A stretch of 20,000 nucleotides of DNA from Craspedostauros australis (taxonomy: Eukaryota): NCBI GenBank assembly GCA_030167865.1, contig JALAGF010005512.1:61618-81617 (forward strand), given 5' to 3'. The translations under genes were made by a program, and so were the position numbers. The notes beneath the pieces are model-generated. The model worked only from the letters and a program-made list of their open reading frames with translations. It did no database searches and was not told the DNA's origin. Numbering within the stretch: position 1 is the stretch's first letter; every line of letters starts with the position of its first letter. Shown here piece by piece: positions 1 to 10,130 of the stretch.

Positions 1-75
1 GCCGTGCTTTTGGGCGTCACGTACATCCAGGTCACCTACCTCAAGCGATACTTCCGCAAGAAGAAGCTGCTGTAA
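1..75 (+). CDS. 3' end of a p24/emp24/gp25L family cargo receptor (p24-delta/TMED10/Erv25-like); 5' partial
   Basis: Frame 1 reads AVLLGVTYIQVTYLKRYFRKKKLL* (TAA at 73-75). This is the end of a transmembrane helix with the conserved Q-x-x-Y-L-K/R-x-(F/Y)-F motif plus a dilysine tail, as in p24-delta proteins. Not in the ORF track. Confidence 0.88.
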   Translation, partial: AVLLGVTYIQVTYLKRYFRKKKLL

Positions 76-2206
76 ACCATCTCTCGATGGTGCATGCAGA
101 TACTCTAGACAGAGCAGCAGCGTACCCGTACTTTTCTTGAATCAAATAGCGTGAATATGCAAAGAACGCGTCTACTCCCTTGACTACGATTACGATCCTG
201 TTGCGTGGACTGCATCACTGGTCGCACCAAGACGCAGTGAAATGTTTTGTGCTGTTGAATCCTCCCAATGGCGTTGCACTGTCAAACCACAATACTACCT
301 GGTTATGAGTGCGCTTGTTCTGCTTTGACACTTGGGCCGATTGATAGGAGGTGCCGTAGCTGTGGACGTATGGTCTTAGTACAGCTCAACACACCTCCAT
401 TGATGCGAGAGAACACGAGCGCAAGCAATACTAATGGCAGTAGTGTTGTTGCCAGAAGCGTGGCACTTCATCAACCTGTGCGGCTGTGTGAACCTGATAT
501 GCGTACAACATCCTGCACACGTTTGAATGTTGTCGTTGCTATGAGTATGCATGAGATAGCGTGGCATGGGACGGGCCTGAACATTGCATTGCACTCCATC
601 AGGAATGGTCTCGTGCATTCTATTGCACGGGCCGAAGAGGGTGCAACAAAGTGGTGCATTATGCTCGCATGCATGGCATCATCTCCTGAGCTCCCCAAAT
701 TGGTACGATTGCAAGCGCGGCACTCTATTAATCCCCCCTCCCCCAATCCTCAGCTATTCGGTTCTCATTGCACGCGACAGCGCAAGCGCGACTGTCCTCT
801 GGTACCTATGATACGAGCTACGATACAAATCTTCCACGATACAGAGTCCAAGCTGCGCCCTGTGGCATTCCACTGCCCGTGGGAGTGCATCTCCGCAAAC
901 TCACATACCCGCGTATGGTCGCATTTTGCGAACACGCGGCATTGCACTACCCGTGTACTACTCTTACCCTACGCGCAACCACGCGAGATTCGATTCCAGA
1001 AGGTGCTTCCATTTCAAACCGAAGCACATCAATGCTGGGCAAGAGTCACAACATAGACGACACACAACGAACAGAACACAGTGTCATCAACGCGAAAGAA
1101 GGACCGCATCAATGCGTGGCAACTCGCATTCGCCTTCACGTCGTACTCATTGGCGTCATCATCCACTGCAGCGATGCAAGATTCAAACTCGTCATGGTGT
1201 TGTTGAGATAACTCTACATACACGTATGGTATGATTATACTCCTCCCCACCCGATGTGGTCGTCCGAGGATGGAACTGAGGAGTTGCATCTGTTGCTTTG
1301 AAAGGACAGCGACGTCTCATGACGACATCCGACAACACATCACGAAATTCCAAACGACACCCAGATCTCGTTCGGAGGCTCGTCCGGCTTGTGAAACGCC
1401 GAAAATCAGGGAAGTTGAGTTATGGCGTGGTAGAAAACTAACGTGTGTGTCGCCTTTTGGCGGGTGCGACACGCCAGCCGCTCCGTATTATGAAAAATGG
1501 AGCGATGCAGCACATGTCATGAGACGTTAGATTGGGTAATTCAACATTAGTACACGAATACAACATAAATGTCCCAACCGACGCCGATGAAGTTTCCCAG
1601 CCAAAACCAACGAATCCTGTCTCAAGTTGTGTGAGCGCTGTTCTGTCACCACTGATGCGTTCATCAAAGAGGCGTGCACCTACCACTACTCTGACTGTGC
1701 GCAGATACACAGACACACAGAGACGCAGGGACACAGCAACGGAGTGCAAAGTGTCTCCATCTCTCCATCCACATCAAGAGCAACAGTAACGGTGAGAGTG
1801 ACTTCGTGAAAACGGCTTGTCGGAACATAGCTATCATCATTATCACGACCAGCGTCATCAACGAGGACAAGGACAGAGGACTCCTGATTTGAACTCTCGC
1901 ACGCTCAACCTACTGCTGGTACCATTAATCGATCAGCGCTCTACCAGCCAGCTACCGACATTCCAAAAGACAACTGAGGAGAGCGGGAGAGTGGAGGACA
2001 GCTGACTCAGGTGCTACACTGCTCATACAAACGAGAAGCACAGTGGCTCAGGACCTCGCCTTGGTGCTCACAGGGTGCAGGACTTGCAAAAACCGCAGAT
2101 TTCATTGTCGAAGCGACGGTGGTGACGAGACCGAAGATCGGAAGAGTCAAGCGTTGAAATCAGCTTCATCCGCACGACCGTCGACGTCGACACCGAGACT
2201 TGCACC

Positions 2207-5200
2207 ATGAGGATACTTCCCGGTGCTATCCTGGTGATGGCGGCGACAGCATCAGGCAACGACCCGAGCGTGATGCGTCGAAGGCGACATGAGACGCCAG
2301 CCTTCGAAGGCCGTGATTCTGCAATCGAATCCTCCGAGAGACGGCTTTCCTTGTCTGTCGCCACTCAGACTAACAGTTCAGGCGTTGAAGTGCAAACAAC
2401 AACAACGACAACAACAACCACCAACGCTACAGTAACGACAGCAACCACAACTGCAACAACAACTGCAACGACAACGACAACGGCAGCAACTACGGAAGGA
2501 GACAACAACATCACCCAGAGTGATGGTGGGAATGCAACCAACGCAACTTCCCCAAAAACTGATACAGTTGCAGAAGATGAGGACATCGTTGACGAAGACA
2601 GCTTCTGGGAGTCGTTCATGGTCGAACAATTCAGTGCGCGTCTATCTCTCGCACCGACAAGCGTGGACGAGAGATCGGAGAGACCAAGCAGCGTGCCCAG
2701 CGGATCGCCAAACCCTGCGGCAACGATGGCCCCAACCCCGTCGTCAACCTTCATCTCGTCGGTGACACCCGGGATGACAGACGAACCCACACAAGTGCCG
2801 ACGAGTGTGCCGAGTACCACGCCGACGTCCGGTCCAACTTCAATGCCAACTAGCGTGCCGACGAGTGTGCCAACCATCATCCCCACTGCCGGTCCAACAG
2901 CTGTTCCGACATCTGTTCTGACAACGATGCCAACCAACGTTCCGACTGCTATGCCGACAGCTGCTCCGACAACCACGCCAACCAACTTCCCAACTTCACT
3001 GCCGACGAGTGTGCCGACATCTACGCCAACAGCGATGCCAAGTTCTGTTCCAAGTTCTGACCCAAGTACAACACCGACGAGTGCACCAACAGCAACGCCA
3101 ACGACAATGCTAAGTTCTGCTCCAAGCACAGCACCGACGAGTGTGCCGACGTCTACACCAACAGCGATGCCAAGTTCTGCTCCAAGTGCAACACCGACGA
3201 GTGCACCAACAACAACGCCCACAACAATGCCAAGTTCTGCTCCAAGCACAACACCGACGAGTGCGCCGACATCTATACCAACAGCGATGCCAAGTTCTGC
3301 TCCAAGTACAACACCGACGAGTGCACCAACCGCAACGCCCACAACAATGCCAAGTTCTGCTCCAAGCGCAACACCGACGAGTGCGCCAACAGCAACGCCG
3401 TCATCAACGCCAAGTTCTGCTCCAAGCGCAACACCGACAAGTGCGCCGACGTCTACACCAACAGCGATGCCAAGTTCTGTTCCAAGCACAACGCCGACGA
3501 GTGCGCCAACAGCAACGCCCACAACAATGCCGTCGGCCATTCCCACACCAGACATTTCAGTGGCGCCGTCATCTCTTCCGTCCGCCACACCGTCCGCCGA
3601 TCCATCATCCACACCTAGCACAATGCCATCTATCATGACTCAGCAGCCCAGCGATGGGCCATCAACCAGCCCCACCAGCTCACCAACGCTCAGTAGCAAA
3701 CCATCGGCGATGCCGTCATCGCTTCCGACATTGACAATGCAGCCTTCCTCAGGACCGAGCCAAGCTCCATCGTGGACCCCATCTTCAACCCCATCGCAAG
3801 CGCCGACGTCATTGCCCACACATATGCCATCAGGTCTGCCGTCACAAACTCCGTCCGCACACCCGAGTTCGATGCCGACGCAAGATGACTGCTTTCGCAA
3901 CCTCACAGATATTGCAATTGCCGAGGCGACAGTCCCCACCTTTGAAATCGGCCGAGAATACACCCTGTGCCCCAACACGGTGTTCGATGTTGGAACATTC
4001 GATTCAAACCGAACGCTGACCGACCAGTATCCCATCATTCCGCATTCAAATGTTCTGTACAGGTGCGGAGATGATGGCTCGTCCAGCAACAGCTGCATCG
4101 TGCGAGGCGGATCCGCCCAGCTCATCACGTTGGAACTGCTGAGCGGACCACCGGGTGACGAGGACGGTGTCAGCAACGTCACCATTCAAGGTGTCACATT
4201 CGAGAGCTCTGTGGAACGTTCCATCGTGATCGACAAGGCCGGAGATACCACGTTTGTGGATTGCGTTGTCAAGGACCACGCGACTGCCAGCCCGATGTTT
4301 CTTTCGGTAGGATTCTCTCGTCGGCGCTTGTCGCAAGAACCGGAACTGGCCACCCTGTACGCAGTTGACACCATTCCTGCCATCATGCATGCCAAGCTAG
4401 AAGAGCTGAAACAAATGGATGAAGCTGCATTGATGGCCGAGATGGCAGAACAAAGCAAAAGCCGAGCATTGCAAGCGGCGGCGTCGTCCTTGTTGAACAT
4501 CACAATCGACTCTTGTGTCTTTACGGTACGTGCATCTTCCTGGAGCGTCAGTTGCATCGAGATGCATCGCCAACAAGTTTGTGGAGCTCGTTTTCTGAAT
4601 GCTCTCATAACAGTCTCACATCCCTTGCTCACAACTTGCCTCAAAACGCAACACACATCGTCACTGTGAATGCAACTATTGTATCACTCTATCTCATCCT
4701 TGAATTCAATACAGGGGAATACGGCCGAAGTGAACAACACCCGATTCTACAACGGGATCGTGACGACATTCAGCAGCGACATCCACCTGGACGTGGTTGG
4801 CAGCACATTCGAGAACAACGATTTCAGCCAGGACCAGGAGAATCGAAGACGTGGATACGCCATCCTCAGTTTGGGAAGCTTGACCGTCGCATCCTCTTGC
4901 TTCACGAACAATGACTTCTTCGGGGATGGTACAGTCACTGTCATTGAGGGAGATTTCAGCAGCTCCAACAACTTCGGGACTGCGGATGCCAACCTTACTT
5001 GCCAGCACCTCGCTTTCTTCAGCAACACGGTCGATGCGGTGAAAGGTACCAACGCGCAATGCACGGACTATGAGTTGGACACCTGCAACTTGGATGCAAC
5101 ACAGCAGCAACAGTCCTCGGCGAATGGCCGAGTGGCAGTAACCACTTCTACATCTACAGTTGAAACTGCAGCTGCATCTCAATCAACGAACCAAGGTGGT

Positions 5201-5362
5201 GGCACAACCACGATCTTCACGTTGGCATATGTGGGTGGAGATGATGCGTCACGCCCGAGAAGCTCCGGTGCCGCGCATGCTTCTGCGTTCACTGGTCATG
5301 TCGTGTTGACCATGTCCGCTCTGTCGTTGCTGGCAACCATCATGACAGGATGGGCTTTGTGA
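2207..5362 (+). CDS. Secreted, probably GPI-anchored Pro/Thr/Ser-rich (mucin-like) cell-surface protein, ~988 aa; exons 2207-4525 and 4715-5362
   Basis: Starts with a signal-peptide-like N-terminus (MRILPGAILVMAATASG), then a poly-Thr tract and a ~410-aa P-x-x-x repeat stalk. A Cys-containing globular region follows (YTLCPNTVFDVG...RCGDDGSSSNSCIVRGG...VTIQGVTFE...TFVDCV...ITIDSCVFTGN...STFENN...SSCFTNN) with a beta-helix-like pattern. It ends in small residues plus a hydrophobic tail (SSGAA...VVLTMSALSLLATIMTGWAL*). A phase-0 GT-AG intron joins ORFs 2207..4669 and 4670..5362 in frame. Confidence 0.85.
3001..3532 (+). repeat. Coding minisatellite with a 60-nt (20-aa) period, about 8-9 copies
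   Basis: The motif (c/t)aagttctg(c/t)tccaag recurs at 3111, 3171, 3231, 3291, 3351, 3411 and 3471. The unit encodes approximately PSSAPS(T/A)TPTSAPT(A/S)TPT(A/T)M. Confidence 0.95.
4526..4714 (+). other. Spliceosomal intron (189 nt, phase 0) in the PTS-rich gene
   Basis: Donor ACG|GTACGT at 4526 and acceptor ATACAG|GGG at 4714. It contains the in-frame TGA at 4667-4669, and splicing gives ...DSCVFT-GNTAEV... Confidence 0.85.
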
Positions 5363-5862
5363 GCAGTTTCCATCTGGCGTCTTACGCGTCGTTGGCGTGT
5401 ACATCGCATGCAAGGAAGCAAACAGCAACACTCCGCAACGACATTGCATCAACTGAACATGTACCAACCAAAGTATCATATCTTCACCCAATCCAACAGC
5501 TGTTGCGCACGACAACACATGGCACTCGTGAGGAACAGCATCGCATATATTTCACACCTGACACAAAGAGTGACCATCACACACGCACACAAGAGAACCC
5601 AAGAACAACCGAGGATTCAGATCTCATAAATCAAATAGCATCATATTCGTAGAGTTACCATGTGCATGCAGGCGTCACCACAAAAGCACCAAGTAGGAGT
5701 GTTCTTTCCGTGCATGCCAAGACGAGAGGCCATGCACTGCCCCACGCACTCAGAATTACTTTTGATTGCTTGCCTTCTTGCTCTCTCTCTCCAGAGCATC
5801 CCCCGATTCCATGTAGCTACTTTCGATGCATTCCATGCTCGCGCTGCAACACTCCAGCACTC

Positions 5863-7944
5863 CTACTTGACGTACGGTGCTGCCTGCGCCGCTTCTGTCC
5901 ATCCTGCCATGATATCGCGAAACTTATCCTCGGGAAGAGTCGTCAAGGTAGCGTTGGCGGGCAGCAATGGGGACAGATCCTGGTAGTTGATCAGCTTATC
6001 GATCATGTGCAGGGCGGCCTGTGGTCGGAACTGCGGGACCATGTGACCGGATCCATGGAACGTGAGGAAGGAGAGGTCGTTTTCGTAGGAGACAATCTCG
6101 CCACCGAACTGAGGACCCATCTCCTGCACCAGCAAGCCTGGCCCGAAGAGGGGGCTCTTCTCCGTGAGCACCTCCACGGATGCGCTGGTCTGGTTGTAAA
6201 ACCAAGGACGGTAGCTACCACCGTCGAGCTCATCGAAGCCGATCCATTTGACTGCAGTTCTGGTGCCTTCGTAGGAAACGCACGGGTCGGTGTCGCCATT
6301 GTAGATCAACGTCATGTCGAGCTTGGGAGCGACTTCGCGGTAGAAGTCCACCATCGATTTGTCGACGAAGATCTTGTCCGGGTTGCACGCGTTGTACTCC
6401 TTGGTGTAGTCGAATCCGACATCGGCCTCCGGCCATGTCTTGGTGGGAGACTCCTCGACGTTCAAGGCCTTGCGCACATCGGGGCGCATCATGTAGGCAG
6501 CCATGTCTTCGTCCTCCTTGGAGGAGACGGGCGCGAACAAGGAGTAGTCGTCGATGTAGAGATCGCGCCATCCCTGCGACAGCCCGCGGCTGGCACTCAT
6601 CAAGAACTTGCGGTATGCCAGATTGCATTCATCGGTGTCCTTCAGATTTCCTTTGGCTATCATCTCCGCCGCGGTATGCTGCAGCAGATGGCGAACGACA
6701 TGGGTGGCCTTGTTGGCGATGCTGGGGATGTGATGCACACGGCCAGAGTTGCTGGTGGACGGCGAGCCGTTGGTCGCGCGCAGGAGGCCACCGTTCATGT
6801 CGGCTTCACGCTCCTCGGCACTGGCTTGGCTGCGAGCAGAGCTGAAGCCCTGCATGAGCATATTGGGCACTCTGGCATCGCACTGATTCCACAGGAGATC
6901 GTAGATCTGCTCGTCCATCAGACCGTACTTGTTGGCGTACCACAAGGCGTCCATGGAATCAGCTTGGGCGTCATTATCGGTGCATGGGTCACCGACGGCG
7001 ATGCCTTTGAGGTTGATGACATCGGATGCCTTGTCCAAGATCTCTTTCGTCAAGGTCGGGATGTACACACCTGCGACAGGTGAGGGCAAATACGTGGAAA
7101 CAAAAGGTTGATGAAGGTTTGCGAGAATGAGAAAACGTGGGAAACCACGATATAGTATCGTGACAAGGCAGTGACATGCATGGCGGTGGACTTGCGGTGG
7201 ACTTGCTGTGGGGGCTTGTTTTGGAACGGTGCGTGGGCAAACATCCCTCCGAACCAGAGTAGCAATCCACGACAAGACACACAACATGACACACGCATGC
7301 ATGCACACGACACAACACGAGACATACATGTGCACGCGCACACACACACACGCACCTGCGTAAGATTCGCCGACGATGTAAAAGTCGTTGATTGCCAGCT
7401 CCGGGAACTTGTTCATGAAGAAGTCCTGAAGGGCAGCGCGCGTGGCCGATGCTGTGAACCTGTCCGTGTTGACGCAGGGCTCGCCAGTCTCCTTCTGCTT
7501 GGCGCAGTAGGAGTATCCGACGCCGACGGGTGCCTCCAGGATGAGCAGATGGCCGAGGTTGGTCCATGCCCACGGATTGTCCATGAGACCGCCAGTGGCG
7601 TTGATGAGGAGCGGGCCGTTCTCCTGCAGCAGGCCGAGGATGGAGGTGCTGCCGGGGCCGCCGTTGGACCACATGATGACCGGGGCATCCAGCGGGTCCT
7701 TGTCCGTGTCTCGGTTGTCGGCGAGGTGGAACCAGTAGTGGATCTTGCAGTAGTCTCCGTTGGCGGAAGTGTCACAGCCGTTGGTGGCATCCAAGAAACC
7801 GGAGAACTGCGTCGTGGGCGGGTGGCCGTAGAGCGGCAGGAACTCCACCAGATCCTCAAGCGGCGCGCCGACCGCTGCGTGGTTGCGAAGGGCGCATCCA
7901 GAGAGGAATGCCAAGGCGAACGGGAGCATGCGCTTGCGAATCAT
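5863..7944 (-). CDS. Serine carboxypeptidase (peptidase family S10), ~598 aa; exons 7944-7356 and 7070-5863
   Basis: Motifs present: WSNGGPGSTS, LQENGP, NPWAWT, EAPVGVGYSY, GESYAG (catalytic Ser), LKGIAVGDP, YNGDTD (Asp region) and HGSGHMVPQFRP (His). The first ATG is at 7944 (alternative 7929), after an A-rich leader and before a signal-peptide-like segment. The track's 8040 start is a GTG. Confidence 0.95.
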   Translation of the reverse strand: MIRKRMLPFALAFLSGCALRNHAAVGAPLEDLVEFLPLYGHPPTTQFSGFLDATNGCDTSANGDYCKIHYWFHLADNRDTDKDPLDAPVIMWSNGGPGSTSILGLLQENGPLLINATGGLMDNPWAWTNLGHLLILEAPVGVGYSYCAKQKETGEPCVNTDRFTASATRAALQDFFMNKFPELAINDFYIVGESYAGACVCVRVHMYVSCCVVCMHACVMLCVLSWIATLVRRDVCPRTVPKQAPTASPPQVHRHACHCLVTILYRGFPRFLILANLHQPFVSTYLPSPVAGVYIPTLTKEILDKASDVINLKGIAVGDPCTDNDAQADSMDALWYANKYGLMDEQIYDLLWNQCDARVPNMLMQGFSSARSQASAEEREADMNGGLLRATNGSPSTSNSGRVHHIPSIANKATHVVRHLLQHTAAEMIAKGNLKDTDECNLAYRKFLMSASRGLSQGWRDLYIDDYSLFAPVSSKEDEDMAAYMMRPDVRKALNVEESPTKTWPEADVGFDYTKEYNACNPDKIFVDKSMVDFYREVAPKLDMTLIYNGDTDPCVSYEGTRTAVKWIGFDELDGGSYRPWFYNQTSASVEVLTEKSPLFGPGLLVQEMGPQFGGEIVSYENDLSFLTFHGSGHMVPQFRPQAALHMIDKLINYQDLSPLLPANATLTTLPEDKFRDIMAGWTEAAQAAPYVK
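7071..7355 (-). other. Spliceosomal intron (285 nt, phase 1) in the carboxypeptidase gene
   Basis: Minus-strand donor GCAG|GTGCGT at 7355 and acceptor TCGCAG|GTGTG at 7071. Removal restores the family motif GESYAGVYIPTL. The interior is low-complexity and (GT)-rich. Confidence 0.93.
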
Positions 7945-8985
7945 CTTGCTTGCTGTTTTTGCTGTTTCTTGCTTCTTGTTAAAATAGTTGTTGTTCTTGG
8001 CTGATGTGTCGGCCTCTCGGTTAGAGTCGTATCGCTTCACAACAACAACGACAACAACGACAGACAGGCAATGTTATGGCTTTGACCTTGGGATTCTGCG
8101 CAGATTATGAGCGTGCATGTGTTGGCACAGCGGCATTCACACAGGAGTGGGATGGCTGCGCTCCTTGTCCATTCTTGCCGAGACCCCCTCCATGGGATAC
8201 CCGCGCGACAAGGCACAACCGCAGTTGTGGTGGCAATCAACCAAGAAAATCTTCCGTTTCCTGTGAACACAACGTGCTCCCAGAAAAACAAGATCTTTCT
8301 GAAGAGTTCTGTTTGGGACGTGGCGCTTTTGGTCGTGGGTATCGGCGAATCAGATAGAGTCGTGCACTTTCTCTCATTAGATCGAAGAGAGAGAGAGAAC
8401 AGACTAGACCCTCCACAAGTACGGAGCGGTTGAAATGGTAGATTTGTTGTGTGCATGCGACAGTTGCGTGTGGGCATGTAGGTATTATGTGTATGGACTC
8501 GTATGGAAGACACTCTCTGCGCTGCAGATGCTTTGCCGATTGATACGTGTGGCAGCCATGGAACTTTGTCTGGCCGCACAGAGCCATCTCATTTTCTGCT
8601 TGTACCAGTACGGGTATGAATATGTAACGTGCCAGCATGCTCGTACTCGTACATTCGTCAGCACCGTCGACACAAACGAGCATGGAGAAGACATGAGGTG
8701 CAGCAGGAGGAGAAGAGGAGCTGCTGCCCATTCGTTCCATGACATGTGTGCAACGGTACTCGTACATTGGTCATTACTGATACAAGCATCAACCGAGCAG
8801 CAAGCACTTGTGTTGACAGTGTCAGCAATGCCATTCGCGCACTCGATTGGTGTGGGTATACACGTAGGTATAGAACCATGCTGTGACTATTGGTAGAGTA
8901 TGGCAACGCCACTATCCGTCGTTACACCACCGAAGGGCCGCTGGTGCTTCTGCCATCACTAGACGATCTGGAGCAGCGTTTCGCC

Positions 8986-9005
8986 CTCTCTCTCTCTCTC
9001 TCTCT
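8986..9005. repeat. (CT)10 microsatellite overlapping the stop codon of the CI-B8-like gene
   Basis: Read directly. On the minus strand the TAG stop runs straight into (AG)n. Confidence 0.9.
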
Positions 9006-10130
9006 AGATATCTGCCTGGCCTGGGTGGAACTCCTTGATGAATGCCGGGAAGAAAGTTTCACGTTCATTCAAAGCTCTACCAAGCTTGGCCAGATGCTGG
9101 ACCGCCATCTCGACCTCCTTCTCACCGGCGCACCACAGATCCACTCTTTGGGCCATGAGCAGGGCGTTCACGCCGCGTGTGTACTCCTTGTCGGGGCCAC
9201 CCTTGAAGGCCTCCATCTGCTTGTCCTTCGCGTTCCTCATCTCGAGGTAGGTGGCCAGCTGGGAGCTCAGCTCCTTGTCATCCTCCCACCCTGGCGCGAT
9301 CACGTCCATGTTGGGTCGCTCTGGATCGAAGCCTGGGACGGCCAGCCGGGCGCTGTGGTACTTGTCCCAGTCCGTGGTCAGGTAGGCCTTGGCTGCCTCG
9401 ACGCGGTCCTGGGCGATGACTCCGCTGCTGTCGCGGAAGCGTCCAGTTTGGATCATGAAGCGGAGCAGGTGGTCCATCGTCCATTCCAGCTCAGTCGTCA
9501 CCGCAGGCATGCAGTTATCCTCCGTCCGCAACAGAAGAGGGAAATTGGGATTCAGGTGCTTCAATTCATCGTAGTTCTTGCAGTACCAAGATCTGCCACA
9601 TAAAATCGGTGTAGCATTCAGGTCACGTATGGGATGTCCATTTGCATCAGCAAAGCAAGGCGGTGCAGAAAGCAGAGAGTCGCAGTTGCGTGTACGTTGT
9701 GTGTACGGTGCAGTATCGACATGCACGAACAAATCATACCAGATAGCCAACCATTTGCAGGTGCACAAAGGTGGGAAACAAAGAACACGGGAATGGTGAG
9801 ACAGATTATGTTATAATAGCATGAAGGCCGTTAGTTGGCATGATGTGTATTAATGGCTCGCTGTTGGAACGCTGCGCTTGTAACCACCTGTCATTCTTCC
9901 GCTTGTTTGCTGGCGACAAGTGATGGGTGGAGATGTGTGACGCCCCAACCGCGAGACCACCTTTGTCGCAGTGATCATCGCAAATCGTTGGCCACTCCAA
10001 CCTCTAAAAGAGATGGACGCACAACATGCGCCAGTGCAACGTACCTGACACCGTTCGATGATGCGCTATCCGGACAAGCGAAGAAGCGCATTGCCGGCAA
10101 ATATCGGGAGAGGCCTGCTTTCCAAGACAT
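9004..10130 (-). CDS. NDUFA2: Mitochondrial complex I B8 subunit (NDUFA2)-like protein, L51/S25/CI-B8 domain, ~224 aa; exons 10130-10045 and 9592-9004
   Basis: Exon 1, translated by hand and absent from the ORF track, is MSWKAGLSRYLPAMRFFACPDSASSNGV-R. Spliced to exon 2 it continues SWYCKNYDELKHLNPNFPLLLRT. This matches the NDUFA2 pattern as I recall it (MAW...LSR.L.ELR...C..S..S.GVR.F...NY.ELK..NP.LP.L.RE). Intron phases agree (AG|A = Arg) and the total CDS is 675 nt. Confidence 0.85.
9593..10044 (-). other. Spliceosomal intron (452 nt, phase 2) in the CI-B8-like gene
   Basis: Minus-strand donor TCAG|GTACGT at 10044 and acceptor TGGCAG|ATCTTGG at 9593. Confidence 0.88.

Noticed and set aside
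268..2005. Many overlapping ORFs including 268..1056 (262 aa)
   Set aside because: No recognisable motifs, composition like translated non-coding DNA, and no consistent exon chain found. Treated as intergenic, though a decayed element cannot be excluded.
3061..3530. Regular 60-nt repeats resembling a CRISPR array
   Set aside because: The intervening sequences are themselves repeated, the array is in frame within a eukaryotic CDS, and there are no cas genes.
2365..3636. 423-aa minus-strand Gly/Val/Ala ORF, and the Gln/Arg-rich ORF 3141..3638
   Set aside because: Antisense and alternative-frame shadows of the Pro/Thr/Ser repeat.
5662..8004. Long plus-strand ORFs 5662..7083 and 7171..8004
   Set aside because: Antisense shadows of the codon-biased carboxypeptidase gene.
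7945..8040. N-terminal extension of the carboxypeptidase in the ORF track
   Set aside because: It begins at GTG and is A-rich leader-like sequence. The ATG at 7944 or 7929 directly precedes the signal peptide.
8890..9768. ORF 8890..9603 (+) and the N-terminus of ORF 9004..9768 (-)
   Set aside because: The first is antisense to the CI-B8-like exon 2. The second is intron read-through, since the real exon 1 is at 10130-10045.
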